The position numbers and the translations under genes are program-made. Under the pieces are notes generated by a model. The model made no database searches. It was not told the DNA's origin and saw only the letters and a program-made list of their open reading frames with translations. Shown piece by piece: positions 1-11,551 of a stretch of 64,000 nucleotides of DNA (position 1 is its first letter; each line of letters starts with the position of its first letter). The DNA lies in the NCBI GenBank assembly GCA_000165345.1, contig CM000430.1, forward strand, positions 704,001-768,000. Direction: 5' to 3'.

Positions 1-2602
1 TATTATCAGGTTTCTTCCTTCTAACTGCATATTTGAGTATAGAAAGAGCTCTTGATGTTTTGGAAGTCCCATCTTTATCGATTCTTCCACAAAAGAGGTC
101 TATTCTTGCTTGGAGTTGATATAGAAATTTATCCATAATTTTAAGATTATCATCTAAAATGCTTATATCATTACTATATTTTGAGATTCTTTTAACTAAT
201 TTTAAGTCTCGATCTAAAATAACCTTGAATTTTGAAAGTTCATTCTTTAATCTGTTTGTCTCATCTCTTAATTTTTTAATATTAGCATGTTTTTCTTTAT
301 TTGAAAATGTCTCATTTAATATTCCTTGTTTATTCAAAAAAGAATGAGAAATACCAAGTAAAATATCCAGATTCTCTTGATCTGATTTCTCTACGTTAGA
401 AATAGTAAATTCTAATACTTGAATATGTTTTTCCAAACTTTGAATTTTATTTATTAATGGTTTGGCAAAAGAATCTACTTCTGAATCATCTTCCTTGAGA
501 CTATCTAATTCTTTTTGAAGATTAAAATTTAGTTCTATCAGTTTTTCTTTTAAATTGGATAATTTCATGATTGTCTCATTCTTTAAAGAATCACTTTTAT
601 TGGTATCTGAAATTACAAAACCTGTTTCAAAGAAATTCTTTATTAAGTTTTTCGATTTTTTTTCAAGTATAAAATCTAATGATAGTAACTTCAACTCCTC
701 CTGAGTAGAAATTAGTGGAGACTCTTCTTCCCACATTGAATACTTGGTCATAAATTTGCTTGATATACCCAACCTCAAAGTTGGATTATTTATAATGTCA
801 ACAAAATTTGTATTACACCTTTCAATCTGTTGATTCATATATGTATGATTTAATATATATTCTAACTTCTCTAGGTCAAGGACTCCTGTCATAGAAAACT
901 TTTCTTTTTCTCTATCCAATAGCTCAATCTGAAGTTTTAAATCTGGAAATAACATCTCATTATAATGTCTTAATCTTAATATACCATTTTGTAATTCTGA
1001 AATTTTTGATATGCTCTCAGATTTAAGAAATTCATTAACTATTTTAAACAAACCAACTATTTTTGTATGGTGAAACTCTGAATTGGAATCAAACTTAAAT
1101 GGACTTTTTAACCCTTTTTCCCAAAGATTCTTAAACAGATCTTTTGAAGATTCGAAAAAACTCTCAAGCTGAACTTTTGGGTCATTTTCTTTGATTTTTT
1201 TATATATTCCATTCCAAATCTCCAAATACCCTTTCTTTAATACTTGAAAATGAATTTCAAACTTATTTAGTAATTGTTTAAAGATTTCAGAATTTTTCTC
1301 ATGTCTCACGACTAGAATCCCAGTTCTTAAAGCATCTAATGTAAATCTAAATCCATTAAGGGATTTCTTAATACCTTGATCTACCTCTTCCAAATCTCCT
1401 TGATACTCTTTTAATGTATATACTAAATCTGATAAATTACGTAAATTGTAAGCTAAAAAGGACTTTGAAAGGGCCAATATTACTTTGAATATTAAATTAA
1501 CTGATATTTGAAGCCAGTCAACAAAATATTTGACCATTTTTCTATTTGAAACAATCCAATGACTTCTTTCTCTTTGGAGACTTAAGAAATGAGATTTCAA
1601 AGCTTGAATATCTTGAGAAATATCTTCTACAGTAATAATAGAATTAAGTTCATCAGATCTAGCTTTAATAATAATGTCCAATAAACCTTTCAGATTTAGA
1701 TCTAGCTCGATTTTCTTTGAAACTATCGCATTGTGTTCTTTAATAATAGATTCATTTTTACTTTTTAAGAGTGAAATAGAGTTTTGAGATCTTTTAATGA
1801 GTTTCCTAGATATTCCATTCAAAATTGAAATATTTTGGCCTTCTCCAATAACTAGTCCCCATGCTATTTGTCTACAAGAAGAACTAGAAGTGATAGTAGA
1901 AATCAAAGACAGAATTTTATTAATCTTTTCAACGAGTTCCTGTAGTTCTTTTTTGTGAAATTTTTGTTTCTGTTTCTTATTGGAAAAACCACTACTTAAC
2001 ATTGAAATTGCAAATATATTAATTGAATCGAGCAATGAATACCACTTATTAACATCTATACCATTTACATAATTTAATGGAGTGTTTTTCAAGATCTTTT
2101 TATTACTTGTCTCATCATCTTGAAGAAATAAATCCTTGAATTTTTCTTGAACTTTTATATCTATATTGGAAAACCATCCTTTCTTATTTAGGGAAGATTT
2201 TTTTAATATTGGACCAACTTCATCCTTATATGCCAGATATTTCTCATTAAAATCAGACTCTAAATCTTGTATATGAGTTTTATTTGTAAGATCTAACGAC
2301 ATTTTCAAGCTTCCAATTTCTGAAAGTGATGACTCAATTAATTGATCAGTCTCTTGTTTAACCAATTCTAAATATAACTTTTCATTATTTAATAATTCAA
2401 AATTACTTTCTTTTTGAATATCATTTAAGCCTATATTCTTAACTTGCTCCAATTCTACCTCTATATTATTTTCTTCTTTACTTTTAATTCCATCTTCCTC
2501 TACTTCTACAACATCGTTTTTTTTGGAGTCTAAATCATTTCCAGAAACAAAAGAATAGGTAAACCATAGATTTAATAATAAAACATAGAAGATCTTTCTC
2601 AT
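1..2602 (-). CDS. 3'-partial gene (runs off the window start) encoding a signal-peptide, coiled-coil-rich hypothetical secreted/ER protein of more than 867 aa. Not present in the supplied ORF track.
   Basis: Manual translation of the minus strand from ATG (reverse complement of cat at 2600..2602) is open to position 1. The N-terminus MRKIFYVLLLNLWFTYSFVSGND is a classic signal peptide. The remainder is long K/E/L-rich heptad-like sequence. Confidence 0.6.
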   Translation of the reverse strand, partial: MRKIFYVLLLNLWFTYSFVSGNDLDSKKNDVVEVEEDGIKSKEENNIEVELEQVKNIGLNDIQKESNFELLNNEKLYLELVKQETDQLIESSLSEIGSLKMSLDLTNKTHIQDLESDFNEKYLAYKDEVGPILKKSSLNKKGWFSNIDIKVQEKFKDLFLQDDETSNKKILKNTPLNYVNGIDVNKWYSLLDSINIFAISMLSSGFSNKKQKQKFHKKELQELVEKINKILSLISTITSSSSCRQIAWGLVIGEGQNISILNGISRKLIKRSQNSISLLKSKNESIIKEHNAIVSKKIELDLNLKGLLDIIIKARSDELNSIITVEDISQDIQALKSHFLSLQRERSHWIVSNRKMVKYFVDWLQISVNLIFKVILALSKSFLAYNLRNLSDLVYTLKEYQGDLEEVDQGIKKSLNGFRFTLDALRTGILVVRHEKNSEIFKQLLNKFEIHFQVLKKGYLEIWNGIYKKIKENDPKVQLESFFESSKDLFKNLWEKGLKSPFKFDSNSEFHHTKIVGLFKIVNEFLKSESISKISELQNGILRLRHYNEMLFPDLKLQIELLDREKEKFSMTGVLDLEKLEYILNHTYMNQQIERCNTNFVDIINNPTLRLGISSKFMTKYSMWEEESPLISTQEELKLLSLDFILEKKSKNLIKNFFETGFVISDTNKSDSLKNETIMKLSNLKEKLIELNFNLQKELDSLKEDDSEVDSFAKPLINKIQSLEKHIQVLEFTISNVEKSDQENLDILLGISHSFLNKQGILNETFSNKEKHANIKKLRDETNRLKNELSKFKVILDRDLKLVKRISKYSNDISILDDNLKIMDKFLYQLQARIDLFCGRIDKDGTSKTSRALSILKYAVRRKKPDN

Positions 2603-3002
2603 ATTAGTTTAACATTATGTTTTCCTAAGTTCCAGTACAATCTCAAATTTAAGAATAACTTCTAAAACTACTAAAATTAGTTTCTCGAGGTTTTTAATTT
2701 TGTTTTTCACGGAATTCCTTTTTTCCCCCTTTTCCTTTAATTCTTTTTTTTTACATTAATATAAACCAAATTTGCATGCTAGTTAGAATTTCAATAATCT
2801 TTATGCGCCCTATGCTGGAAAGAAGAAGCTTACCAAAATTTTCTACAGAAAACTTTTATACAAATATTTTAGGCCCAGTTATATTTAATATCTCTGTAGT
2901 TTTACTTAAAATTGCGTTAACAAATCTCTTGTGTTCTCTTATTCTTTTTAGTTTTTTTTCTATTCAAGATAATCCTTAGTCATCTAATAACATGATCTAA
3001 TT

Positions 3003-3022
3003 TGCCCGCGCGCGCCACACCA
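3003..3022. promoter_or_regulatory. GC-rich E2F-like element (gcccgcgcgcgccacacc) in AT-rich DNA about 400 bp upstream of the left-edge minus-strand gene
   Basis: Isolated GCGCGCC/CCCGCG island in an otherwise roughly 80% AT intergenic region. Resembles E2F-type TTTSGCGC cores reported as over-represented upstream motifs in Cryptosporidium. Confidence 0.3.
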
Positions 3023-3313
3023 AAAAAAAGCGAAGTTATTTAATGAGTGGGAAAAAAAGAATGAAGAGAAATAGATTGTTATTATCTCGAAAATGACATA
3101 TTTTAGTAAAAATGTTATAAAATGTGCAAAAAATTTTATAGGATTAGGAGATGTACGCTTTTAAAGTTCATTTATGATTATTTTAATACGTAAAAAGTAC
3201 AAGCACTCGATTATAAAACAATAAGTAGAGGTATAGAAAAAATAGATAAATAATAATGAATATGTAGATATAATCAATGTTTAGAGTCTATGTATATATA
3301 CAATAAAGAACTT

Positions 3314-4311
3314 TTAGATGATTCTCTCAAGTTCAATTGCATAGCCTAATGCGTTTGAAATAAGATCTAAATTATTTGAGGAGCTGGAAGTTTTCTTTTC
3401 AAAGTAGACAGCATTATCAATGAGCTTCCATTGAACATTTGAGGAATTTACTTGTTCTTTGTTGAAATTGGGAGACATTTCATTGATAAAAGAGATTAAC
3501 TCTTCATTGGTGGAGAATCTCATCATGCTCTTAAGCTTATCAATGCTTATCTTATCATAACTACATTCAATACATTTTGCCACTTTTTCTCTACAAGTGT
3601 CAATCAGCTCTTTAAAGAAGATTTGATAGTCTGGAGTTGGTAGTGTACTTTGCATTTGCATGATTTTACTATAATTACCATCAAGAAGATACAATTCAAG
3701 TTTTTTTGAAAAAGAAACAAACTTGTTTTCTTGGTCATTTGGAGGAATAATTTCCAGAGCAATATGGAAATCGCTGATTTTATCACAACTGAGAAGATAT
3801 AGTAAGTACAAACCTTTGATCATATCTTGGTTTTCGGATTTTGCAAGTATCTGTAAGAAAAGTTGATTAGGAATAAAATGGTAATAATTAAGGAGATTTT
3901 GAAAACTTACCGATTCATAATCAATATAGTATCTCTGTAAATTCAAAAAATCTCTTTCAAATCCAAATGAGTCTTTTTTCCTAACAGAAACCAATGCTGA
4001 AATTTCTAAAACGTCCCTTGCAATCACTAATTCTGTCAAATCTATTTCTTTAGAAGATAATGATAAGCTAGGAAGTTCAATTAACAAAATTTTCATCTCC
4101 TTTATCAAATTTGATAACTTATTTAGGTTATCTGATTGTTCTTTTCCTATCTCCACTTTTGCCTAATAGTAAAGCCGAAATAAGTATGTGATAAGTTTAT
4201 GGTTTCAAATATCTTTTGCCATGCCATTACATAGACAAAAGAAACATATTTGAACCATTAATAAGAACTTACCTGTTGTAATAAATTCAATATTTTACTC
4301 GTATCCACCAT
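3314..4311 (-). CDS. RPN12: PCI-domain protein, probably 26S proteasome lid subunit RPN12/PSMD8 (or CSN8-like). Two exons: join(4311..4273, 4162..3314) with a 110-nt intron at 4163..4272.
   Basis: Exon 1 encodes MVDTSKILNLLQQ and is followed by donor gtaagt. The acceptor is ctattag, read in phase 0 into AKVEIGKEQSD.... The 280-aa body has a C-terminal PCI-like helical region ending ...GYAIELERII, similar to the RPN12/PSMD8 C-terminal motif (YAxELExIV). The ORF-track M at 4156 is a GTG codon. Confidence 0.55.
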
Positions 4312-4557
4312 TGTTTTGACGATCTCAATAATACACTCACTAATTATTAACCCTCGAAAGTCTTAGAAATAACCAAAATAAAGCAAGTAAATTCAAATTC
4401 TGTTAAACTGCAAGTCCTCTGTGAAATCCCACAAGATATTTACCTAAAACTTCTTCTCAAACTTTCTTGCTTTTTATTAATTAAATTCTCCTCCAAACAA
4501 AATTTCAATATTTGTTTACTTTTCCAGCATCATGGCTTTTTCTAAACCCCTCTAAAG

Positions 4558-4586
4558 TTACCGCCAAATCGAGGCGCGCCACTTTG
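4558..4586. promoter_or_regulatory. E2F-like GC element (ttaccgccaaatcgaggcgcgccactttg) in the divergent promoter between RPN12 (minus) and the FAM76-like gene (plus)
   Basis: CGCCAAA plus GGCGCGCC cores within AT-rich intergenic DNA, positioned between two divergently transcribed genes. Confidence 0.35.
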
Positions 4587-4852
4587 TGAGAATCAATTAA
4601 TTATGGTTTTGAAAAGGTTTAAAAAACAAAAAACAAGAAACAGAAATTCTCGACAGAAATTAAGGATTTAGTATAAATTGACGTGATATATTGAGTATTG
4701 GATGTCTGGGATTTATACGGGGAACACAAATAAGTTGTTTTGCCGTTTTTCCTAGCATTTAATTAAGGTAGGACAAAATTTGCTCTAATTACAGTATTAA
4801 AGTTTCCTATTGCATACTGAAAATCGATAATTATTTATAAATCTAAGTAGAA

Positions 4853-6412
4853 ATGTCGAGAGATCAGATGACATATAGAGAATACTATGATATGCCACGT
4901 TCAGTTCCATACGGAATACCTGAAGGATATAGAAATGACTACTATCACATGAGGATGCGTAGGGACTTTGAAGGTGGGTATCCACCCGATTATGGGCATA
5001 ATATGGATGGCAGACACTATCCAGAAGATTATTACTCATATCCTGCTCAAAGATTTGAACATCACGGTGGGACTATGGAAGGTGTAAGAGAATCAAAGTT
5101 CTCAAATGGAAGTGATAAATGGGACAGATCAAATGGAGAAAGAAGAAATATAGGAAATGATTTAATTCAAAACTTACATGCAGAAACATACAGAAGAGAT
5201 CCCGGTATTATTTCAAGGGAAAATGATATAAGAAAGCAGATTAGACTTGAAGAGGGACCAGGAGGTCCGCCTCAACAGAGTGTTCCAAGCTCTCAAGTGG
5301 GTAAATTAAGTATGCAAGAGGTTGAATCAGGGGTTAGAATAAGTAAAGGGCCTAAAGATGGGAGTGGTGGATTATCTGTTTTCCATACAACTGGGAAGGA
5401 CTCGATTTGGACAAAAATTGATATCTTAAACAAGAAAAAGCTCTGTTATGATTGCCAGAAAGAAAAGTGGAGGGACAAAATTACTCCATTATGTAAGGAG
5501 TGCTATAAATCACTCTCAAATTCCTCAGGCGGTAACAGCTCTAAGAAAGAATGTACCTACTGTAGAATTGAGTTCCTTCAGCATAGGATTTTGAAGAAAG
5601 CTTTCAAAGTGTTTAACAAAGAGATTTGTATGGATTGTTGTAAGAATCTTTGTAAATATAACACAATTCCAGTGCGCTGCCACTTTTGTGACTGTTGGTC
5701 AGCTTGGAACTCCCATCTATTATGTGATAGATGCTCCTCTTCAAGAGAACAATTTGGTGAGCCTCTTCCATGCGATATGTGTAGGAAAAGTTGTGCTTTT
5801 GATAGGGGAGAGGAGGCCAGGAAAAAGCTTGATGGAAGACTGTTTTGTTTCCTATGCACATTTAAATATAAGAAGCTAAAGCATGAAGAGGTGAAAAAAA
5901 CCAATTCTGAATACAAGAGAGCCGAAAAGACTCTTACTAAGGTTGATTTACCAGAAATGGAACCAAAAAATGAACAAAATGATGACAAGAATTGCTTTCC
6001 GAATTTGTCATCAACATCAGATTCAAACAGCAAAGAGAATGTAGACTGGAAGATTATTGCTCAGGAAAGAACAATCTTGTATGAAAAGGCAAAACAGCAT
6101 CTTGCTGAGCTTCAAGCAAAAGAACTTAGCAACAAAATTGAAACTGGGTCATTAATTACTCAGCTTAAAGAATCGAACTCAAATCTCGAGAAGAAAAACA
6201 AGCTTCTAGAAGATAAGATTCTTCGACTTAATGCTGAACTTAATGATTGGCAACTTAAACTTAATAATATTTGCGATGAAAAGAATAAGCAACTTAAGCT
6301 AATTAAGGATGAAAAAAGACAAGCAATTCAGGAAATGGAGGGGTTACTTGAGAAGCTAAAGTCTGAAAATAGAGAGTTAATGGAGCAGCTCAGCTCATCC
6401 TCTAATTTGTAG
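4853..6412 (+). CDS. FAM76-family-like protein (519 aa). Has an N-terminal Tyr/Arg/Gly-rich low-complexity region, a central Cys-rich zinc-binding-like region and a C-terminal coiled coil.
   Basis: ATG at 4853. The motifs CTYCRIEFLQ, CHFCDC and CDMCRKSCAFDRGEEARKKLDGRLFCFLCTFKYKKL match, as I recall them, the conserved FAM76A/B block (CTYCRTEY ... [34 protein letters not shown]). The C-terminal 150 aa is heptad-like (ELQAKELSNKIE...LLEKLKSENRELMEQL). Confidence 0.55.
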   Translation: MSRDQMTYREYYDMPRSVPYGIPEGYRNDYYHMRMRRDFEGGYPPDYGHNMDGRHYPEDYYSYPAQRFEHHGGTMEGVRESKFSNGSDKWDRSNGERRNIGNDLIQNLHAETYRRDPGIISRENDIRKQIRLEEGPGGPPQQSVPSSQVGKLSMQEVESGVRISKGPKDGSGGLSVFHTTGKDSIWTKIDILNKKKLCYDCQKEKWRDKITPLCKECYKSLSNSSGGNSSKKECTYCRIEFLQHRILKKAFKVFNKEICMDCCKNLCKYNTIPVRCHFCDCWSAWNSHLLCDRCSSSREQFGEPLPCDMCRKSCAFDRGEEARKKLDGRLFCFLCTFKYKKLKHEEVKKTNSEYKRAEKTLTKVDLPEMEPKNEQNDDKNCFPNLSSTSDSNSKENVDWKIIAQERTILYEKAKQHLAELQAKELSNKIETGSLITQLKESNSNLEKKNKLLEDKILRLNAELNDWQLKLNNICDEKNKQLKLIKDEKRQAIQEMEGLLEKLKSENRELMEQLSSSSNL

Positions 6413-6703
6413 CTATTCGTTGCTTATAACCATTTTATTACCTTTTCTACAACTAATTTAGTCTAAAACTCAATTAATTCTGGTTTCTTCCTTTATCTTT
6501 TCTTCTGTTTGTTTTAATCAAATATTTTAATTATTCGGTACCTTTTTTTAACTTTAACATGTTATCCCATGTTTGCCGCCATTACCACACAAAATTACGA
6601 GGATAGAAAAAAATTCTAAGTAGTTATTTCTGGATAAAAATTGAAATATAAAAAAGGAGGATGAGAATATGAGAAGCCTAAATACATAATTTCTAAGAAA
6701 AAT

Positions 6704-7198
6704 ATGTACTTAGAAAAGGAGAGCCTTCATCTATTGAATGGTTCTTTCTTCAGAGTTAATTTTAAAGCAATTTCTCAAGGGGAATTGAAAAATATACTAA
6801 AAGCATGCGGATTAAAATCATCAACAAATACTTCAAGTAATCAACAAATAGCTTTATTGGAAGGAATAAGGCGGTATCTTTTAACTGAAGATCTTTCAGA
6901 GCTTACAGATCTATCGAATCCTAATATTAAAAGTATTGAATCTAAAAGATACACTTTTGATTATAAGAATATTATTAATGAAGATACTATTTCCTTGGAA
7001 CTCATTCTAAAGTCTCTAAGGAGATCTCCCCTTACTCTTGAAAAGATTATGATGAGCAATTCTGTAAGTGTTTCTGAAATCGCAGAATGCTGTTCTAGTT
7101 ACCTAAATACTCCAAAAAGTGTTTTTTTAAACAAAATAATTTTAGACAAGATCCAGTTAGTTCTTGATTCTTTAAAAATAAAAAATATAGTTAGCTAA
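6704..7198 (+). CDS. Hypothetical 164-aa protein with a possible SAP-like helix-extended-helix motif near the N-terminus
   Basis: ATG-initiated ORF with coding-like composition. The stretch ISQGELKNILKACGLKSS...ALLEGIRRYL loosely fits the SAP motif pattern. No stronger family signal was seen. Confidence 0.4.
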   Translation: MYLEKESLHLLNGSFFRVNFKAISQGELKNILKACGLKSSTNTSSNQQIALLEGIRRYLLTEDLSELTDLSNPNIKSIESKRYTFDYKNIINEDTISLELILKSLRRSPLTLEKIMMSNSVSVSEIAECCSSYLNTPKSVFLNKIILDKIQLVLDSLKIKNIVS

Positions 7199-7299
7199 TC
7201 ATTTGGTCTTCTTTTCAACAAACTATTTATTTTTAAATTCATTGCTTTCAAAACTTTCTTTTATTTATTCTTTAACTTTACAACTGGAAATGCAAGATT

Positions 7300-7311
7300 T
7301 CCCGCCAAAAC
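7300..7311. promoter_or_regulatory. E2F-like site ttcccgccaaaa (reverse complement TTTTGGCGGGAA) about 80 bp upstream of the small two-exon gene
   Basis: Exact match to the canonical E2F TTTGGCGGGAA core in AT-rich upstream DNA. Confidence 0.4.
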
Positions 7312-7385
7312 ATTTTTTTTGGTACTTGGCCACGGCATATAATAATTATATATACGAATATTTCCAGAGAAAAAATTAAGATAAG

Positions 7386-7751
7386 ATGGAAAATTCAGAT
7401 TCTGTTATGAAAGGGAATATTTCTGAGAATCAGGAAATGGAGACTGAGACTCAGTTAGACAAAGAGAGTTTAAATGTGATTTTGGAAGAGGGGGAGAATT
7501 TCTACCCTTTGCTAGAAAGTTCTATTGAAGATGAAATGGTGAATAACAAAGTAGATCTTTCTTCGTAAGTGAATTAAATGAATCTATTGAATTTTCATTC
7601 TGGGATTGCCCTTATTTTTTGTTTGCATGATATTTTTAGGTATATGGATAAATTCAAACAACTTCATGAATCCAAGGTCAGATCGATGAATTTAGAACAA
7701 ATAGAATACTACTGCAAAGAATTTGTGGAAGCATTAGAAGGAGGAAAGTAA
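7386..7751 (+). CDS. Small acidic hypothetical protein (96 aa) with two exons: join(7386..7564, 7640..7751). The intron is 75 nt (7565..7639).
   Basis: The ORF-track stop TAA at 7566 sits inside a cGTAAGTg donor. A T-rich tract ending tatttttag|g gives a phase-2 acceptor. The joined frame continues 37 codons (SYMDKFKQLHESKVRSMNLEQIEYYCKEFVEALEGGK) to TAA at 7749..7751. Confidence 0.5.
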
Positions 7752-7919
7752 TATAAAGCTAAAACTTCTCTTAAAGGCTGTTTTGATTAGTAATTTAACA
7801 AACATGATTGACATTATTTCAACATTCAAGCCGAAGCAAAATACTATCTGCAATATTTGAATTCGCAAAAACAAAAAGATAGATGATATAAGTAGGAAAT
7901 TAAGCTATGTGATAATCTA

Positions 7920-10515
7920 TTATAAGTTAAAGTTTGATATTAATGTCTCAAGCTGCTTAGTTATATTGCTCAGCTTATTTATATTTCGATGGCATTGCTG
8001 CCTTTTTTCCACTATCCCTTTTTCTTCTTGAAGAAGGTCGTCAAAAATCTCCTCTCTATAGAGTTTTGCTACCAACTCTCTCTGAATTGCTTCTTTAGCA
8101 GCATTCACCATAAAATACATGATTGCCTTGGGAACTGAGTCTGCTACGTTCTTACGCACAATGTTAAAGTATGACACAATGAAAAATTTTATCACATCTG
8201 ACTCAATCTTTTCCCGTTCTGAAGGATCCCCAGATGTTGCTATTGTTTCTGGAACCAATGGCAATCCCATCTTTCCCCCAAACCTTCCTGAATAATTCTT
8301 CTCATTCTCTGCCAAATTGGCGCCAAATACCCCTGCATGCACAGTTTTGGCGGGATTGTGGCCTTGTATTTTCTTAACTGGGCTAAAAATGTCAATGGAA
8401 GAAGTTGTTGAACGGTTGGTTGGGAAAACTGGTGAGTTTTCGTTGATGCTTTTTATTGGTTTGGAAACAGAGCTTATTTGGTGAGTTTCGATAACTTTGT
8501 AATTTTGGTAGGTTGAAATATTTTCTGTCTCGTTATATTCTGTGGAAACATATTGTGATTTACGAGACTCATGTTGATCATTAAAGAAATCATTCAAAAT
8601 AATTCTACTTTTTCCTGAAGGAGTCATCGGGACTGAATCAGAATCAAGAATAATAGAGTCTTGTACTTGTTTGTTGGACCTATCATTTGAGTTATTTCTA
8701 GTCAAACCTTCAGTTAAAAAGGCTTTTTCCTTTTCAAAAATAGAAGTTAGGGCTGACGCACCTCCAATAAAGTCTGGATGGTTTGTATTTATATAGGCCA
8801 ATTCCATATTTATAAGGTCAATCACAGCTCTGTTAGTTGGTCCAAGGCATTCTTCTAGGACATGATTGACTACTGAAATCATATTATTCTTCAAATTAGA
8901 GTATCGATTAAGCTCCGGTAAAGAACATTGCTCAACTAATCTTTTAAGTTCATCATAGACTTGTTCTACGCAAGTAAGAGAAGGCCTAAGTAACTTTTTT
9001 ATTTGGATCCTTGCAAGAACTTCAAATGCGCCTTCAGATACAAATAAAGACGATTTTGTTCCTGTTGAATTTTTTATTGCTGTTCTAATTTCAGTATCTG
9101 ATAGACCATCCAAAGGATCAAAGTTGAAAAGAGTGTTTCCAAACCAGTTATGAAATACATAATTCAGTCTTGCACCTCCTGAAAGCTTCATTAGGCCAGT
9201 TTGATAGGATGCTTGTCCATCAATCATATTTTGGAACTTTCTTGAAAACTTTGAAAAGCAGTTTAGTATCATAGCTCCTTTGTTTTTTATCATATAGGAT
9301 CCATCAAGGCCTATACTTTCTCCTCCAATGAATAAAGCTTTGTTAGTTAAGGCACTAATTCCATCTAAATAAGAAAGCAATATATTATATTGTAATTGAA
9401 GTATTTCATTATATTTACTTACCTATTTCATCCATTATATCAGATTGAGAAAAATCACCATAATTAATTAGCTCCATTTGTTTAAGATCTATAAGCTTTT
9501 TTGAATGGTTCTTAATCTGTGGAAGCAACTTAAGAATGTGATCCAGAAACTCCTTTTGGAGAATATTTACTAAGTTGTAAGTTCCACAGCGAGACTGATA
9601 AGACTTCAGTTTTGAGTTGTTTTCGAAAAAAGACTTTTCATCATTCAAAGAAGCTCTCAAAGATCTTGGACCTCCTGCTTTTTGTCTGGAATCTCTGCAC
9701 ATAACTGCTACATACCCCCTATTTAAAGGATATGATTGATTACTTAGTACTTGTAGTGTTGTTGAGTAATTTTCTACTGTGTCCAGTTTACTTAAAACAC
9801 CTATTGTTCTGATACCTTCAGGATCCACCTCTCTTGCAATATTTAAGCTATCAGAATTTGCAATATCAGTGTTTGCAGCTGTAATTGCCAAAATTAAACA
9901 GCTTGGACGTCTTATATATGACAAAACAATCTTCCTAATTTGAGTTTCTATATCAAAAGGTTGGTCCTCAATTGGTACTTTTGTCAATCCTGGTAGGTCC
10001 ACCAAAGTCAAATTAATTGCCTTCTTTGAGAAGATTCTCAGTAATATCGGAACTTCTGAAACATTCTTATTTTCTCCTATCAATCTATTGGTCTCAATCA
10101 GAATTTCTTCTTTGACTTTTTCGAAATCTGTAAATTTCAGCCCCTTTTTATGGCCAAACTCTGCGTAGTCATCTCTATTTTCTTGCTTAATTTGCTGAAG
10201 TTGCAAAATAAGTGGCCTCCTAGTGACTATTCCTTGTCCTCTTGGCAGAAAATGACGGCCTAATAGGTCATAAGTGCATTAATAAACAACGAAAATAGTA
10301 ATCATAAGAATTATTATAAATTTAATATAATTTGTCAGAAACTTACCTATAATGTATTCCAAAAGTGAAGTTTTCCCTACTGATTGAGAGCCTACTACTG
10401 CTATTTCAGGTAGGTCTAAGTTTAATTCATTTGAAACATTGCAGCCTCCTGAGCCCTCTTTTAAAATAGTCAGAATATCATGAAGTTCGTTTATAATAGG
10501 TATCAGAGAATCCAT
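7920..10515 (-). CDS. Dynamin / dynamin-related large GTPase. Three exons: join(10515..10347, 10259..9423, 9364..7920). Introns are 10260..10346 (87 nt) and 9365..9422 (58 nt).
   Basis: Exon 1 encodes MDSLIPIINELHD...VVGSQSVGKTSLLEYIIG (G1/P-loop). Donor GTAAGT and acceptor TTAG restore the canonical RHFLPRGQGIVTRRPLILQL junction. Exon 2 carries the G2-G4 motifs (LTLVDLPGLTKV, SKLD). The second donor is GTAAGT and the acceptor ATTTAG. Exon 3 is the middle domain and GED. The ORF-track M at 10527 is a TTG codon; the ATG is at 10513..10515. Confidence 0.9.
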
Positions 10516-10574
10516 GCTTCTAACCAAATCTGAGCGTTTTTTTACTTGGTTATTTTTCTAACCTGTTTTCTCTC

Positions 10575-10644
10575 AATTCCTTCCGCCCTATTTTGGTCTG
10601 ACAAAATGTAAATTTCTACACTGATTGACATATTCCCGCCATTT
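10575..10644. promoter_or_regulatory. E2F-like elements (ccttccgccctatttt; tattcccgccattttaaa, reverse complement AAAATGGCGGGAA) 60-130 bp upstream of the dynamin ATG
   Basis: GGCGGGAA-type cores in AT-rich DNA immediately 5' of the minus-strand dynamin gene. Confidence 0.35.
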
Positions 10645-10999
10645 TAAATAAACCCCACATTGAAATAGTCATTCTTGGAGAATAATTTTCCATTAATAAT
10701 TGAATAAATAAAACATTAAAAATATCTTAATAGTTTTATAATTTCAAAAGAACTTCAATCCACTAAATTGATTTCATTTTTGAATGATCTCTTTTTTCTT
10801 TAAAATCTGTGTACTTGAATTTTACTTAAGACTTAAAATAGGTTAATATAGAGTAGAATCAGTTCATACAAAATATATTTAAAAGATTTAGGAGACAGAA
10901 TTTTCACAATTAGAACAGGAATCGAAGATATCAAATAATATAAATTAAATGAAAGACGTAAAACAGATTACAAAAATTCTAAATAGGTAATAGAAACAG

Positions 11000-11551
<552 letters not shown>

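Noticed and set aside
5578-6033. 151-aa and 82-aa minus-strand ORFs inside the FAM76-like gene
   Set aside because: They are antisense or alternate frames within a coding region that has a clear conserved Cys-motif reading frame on the plus strand.
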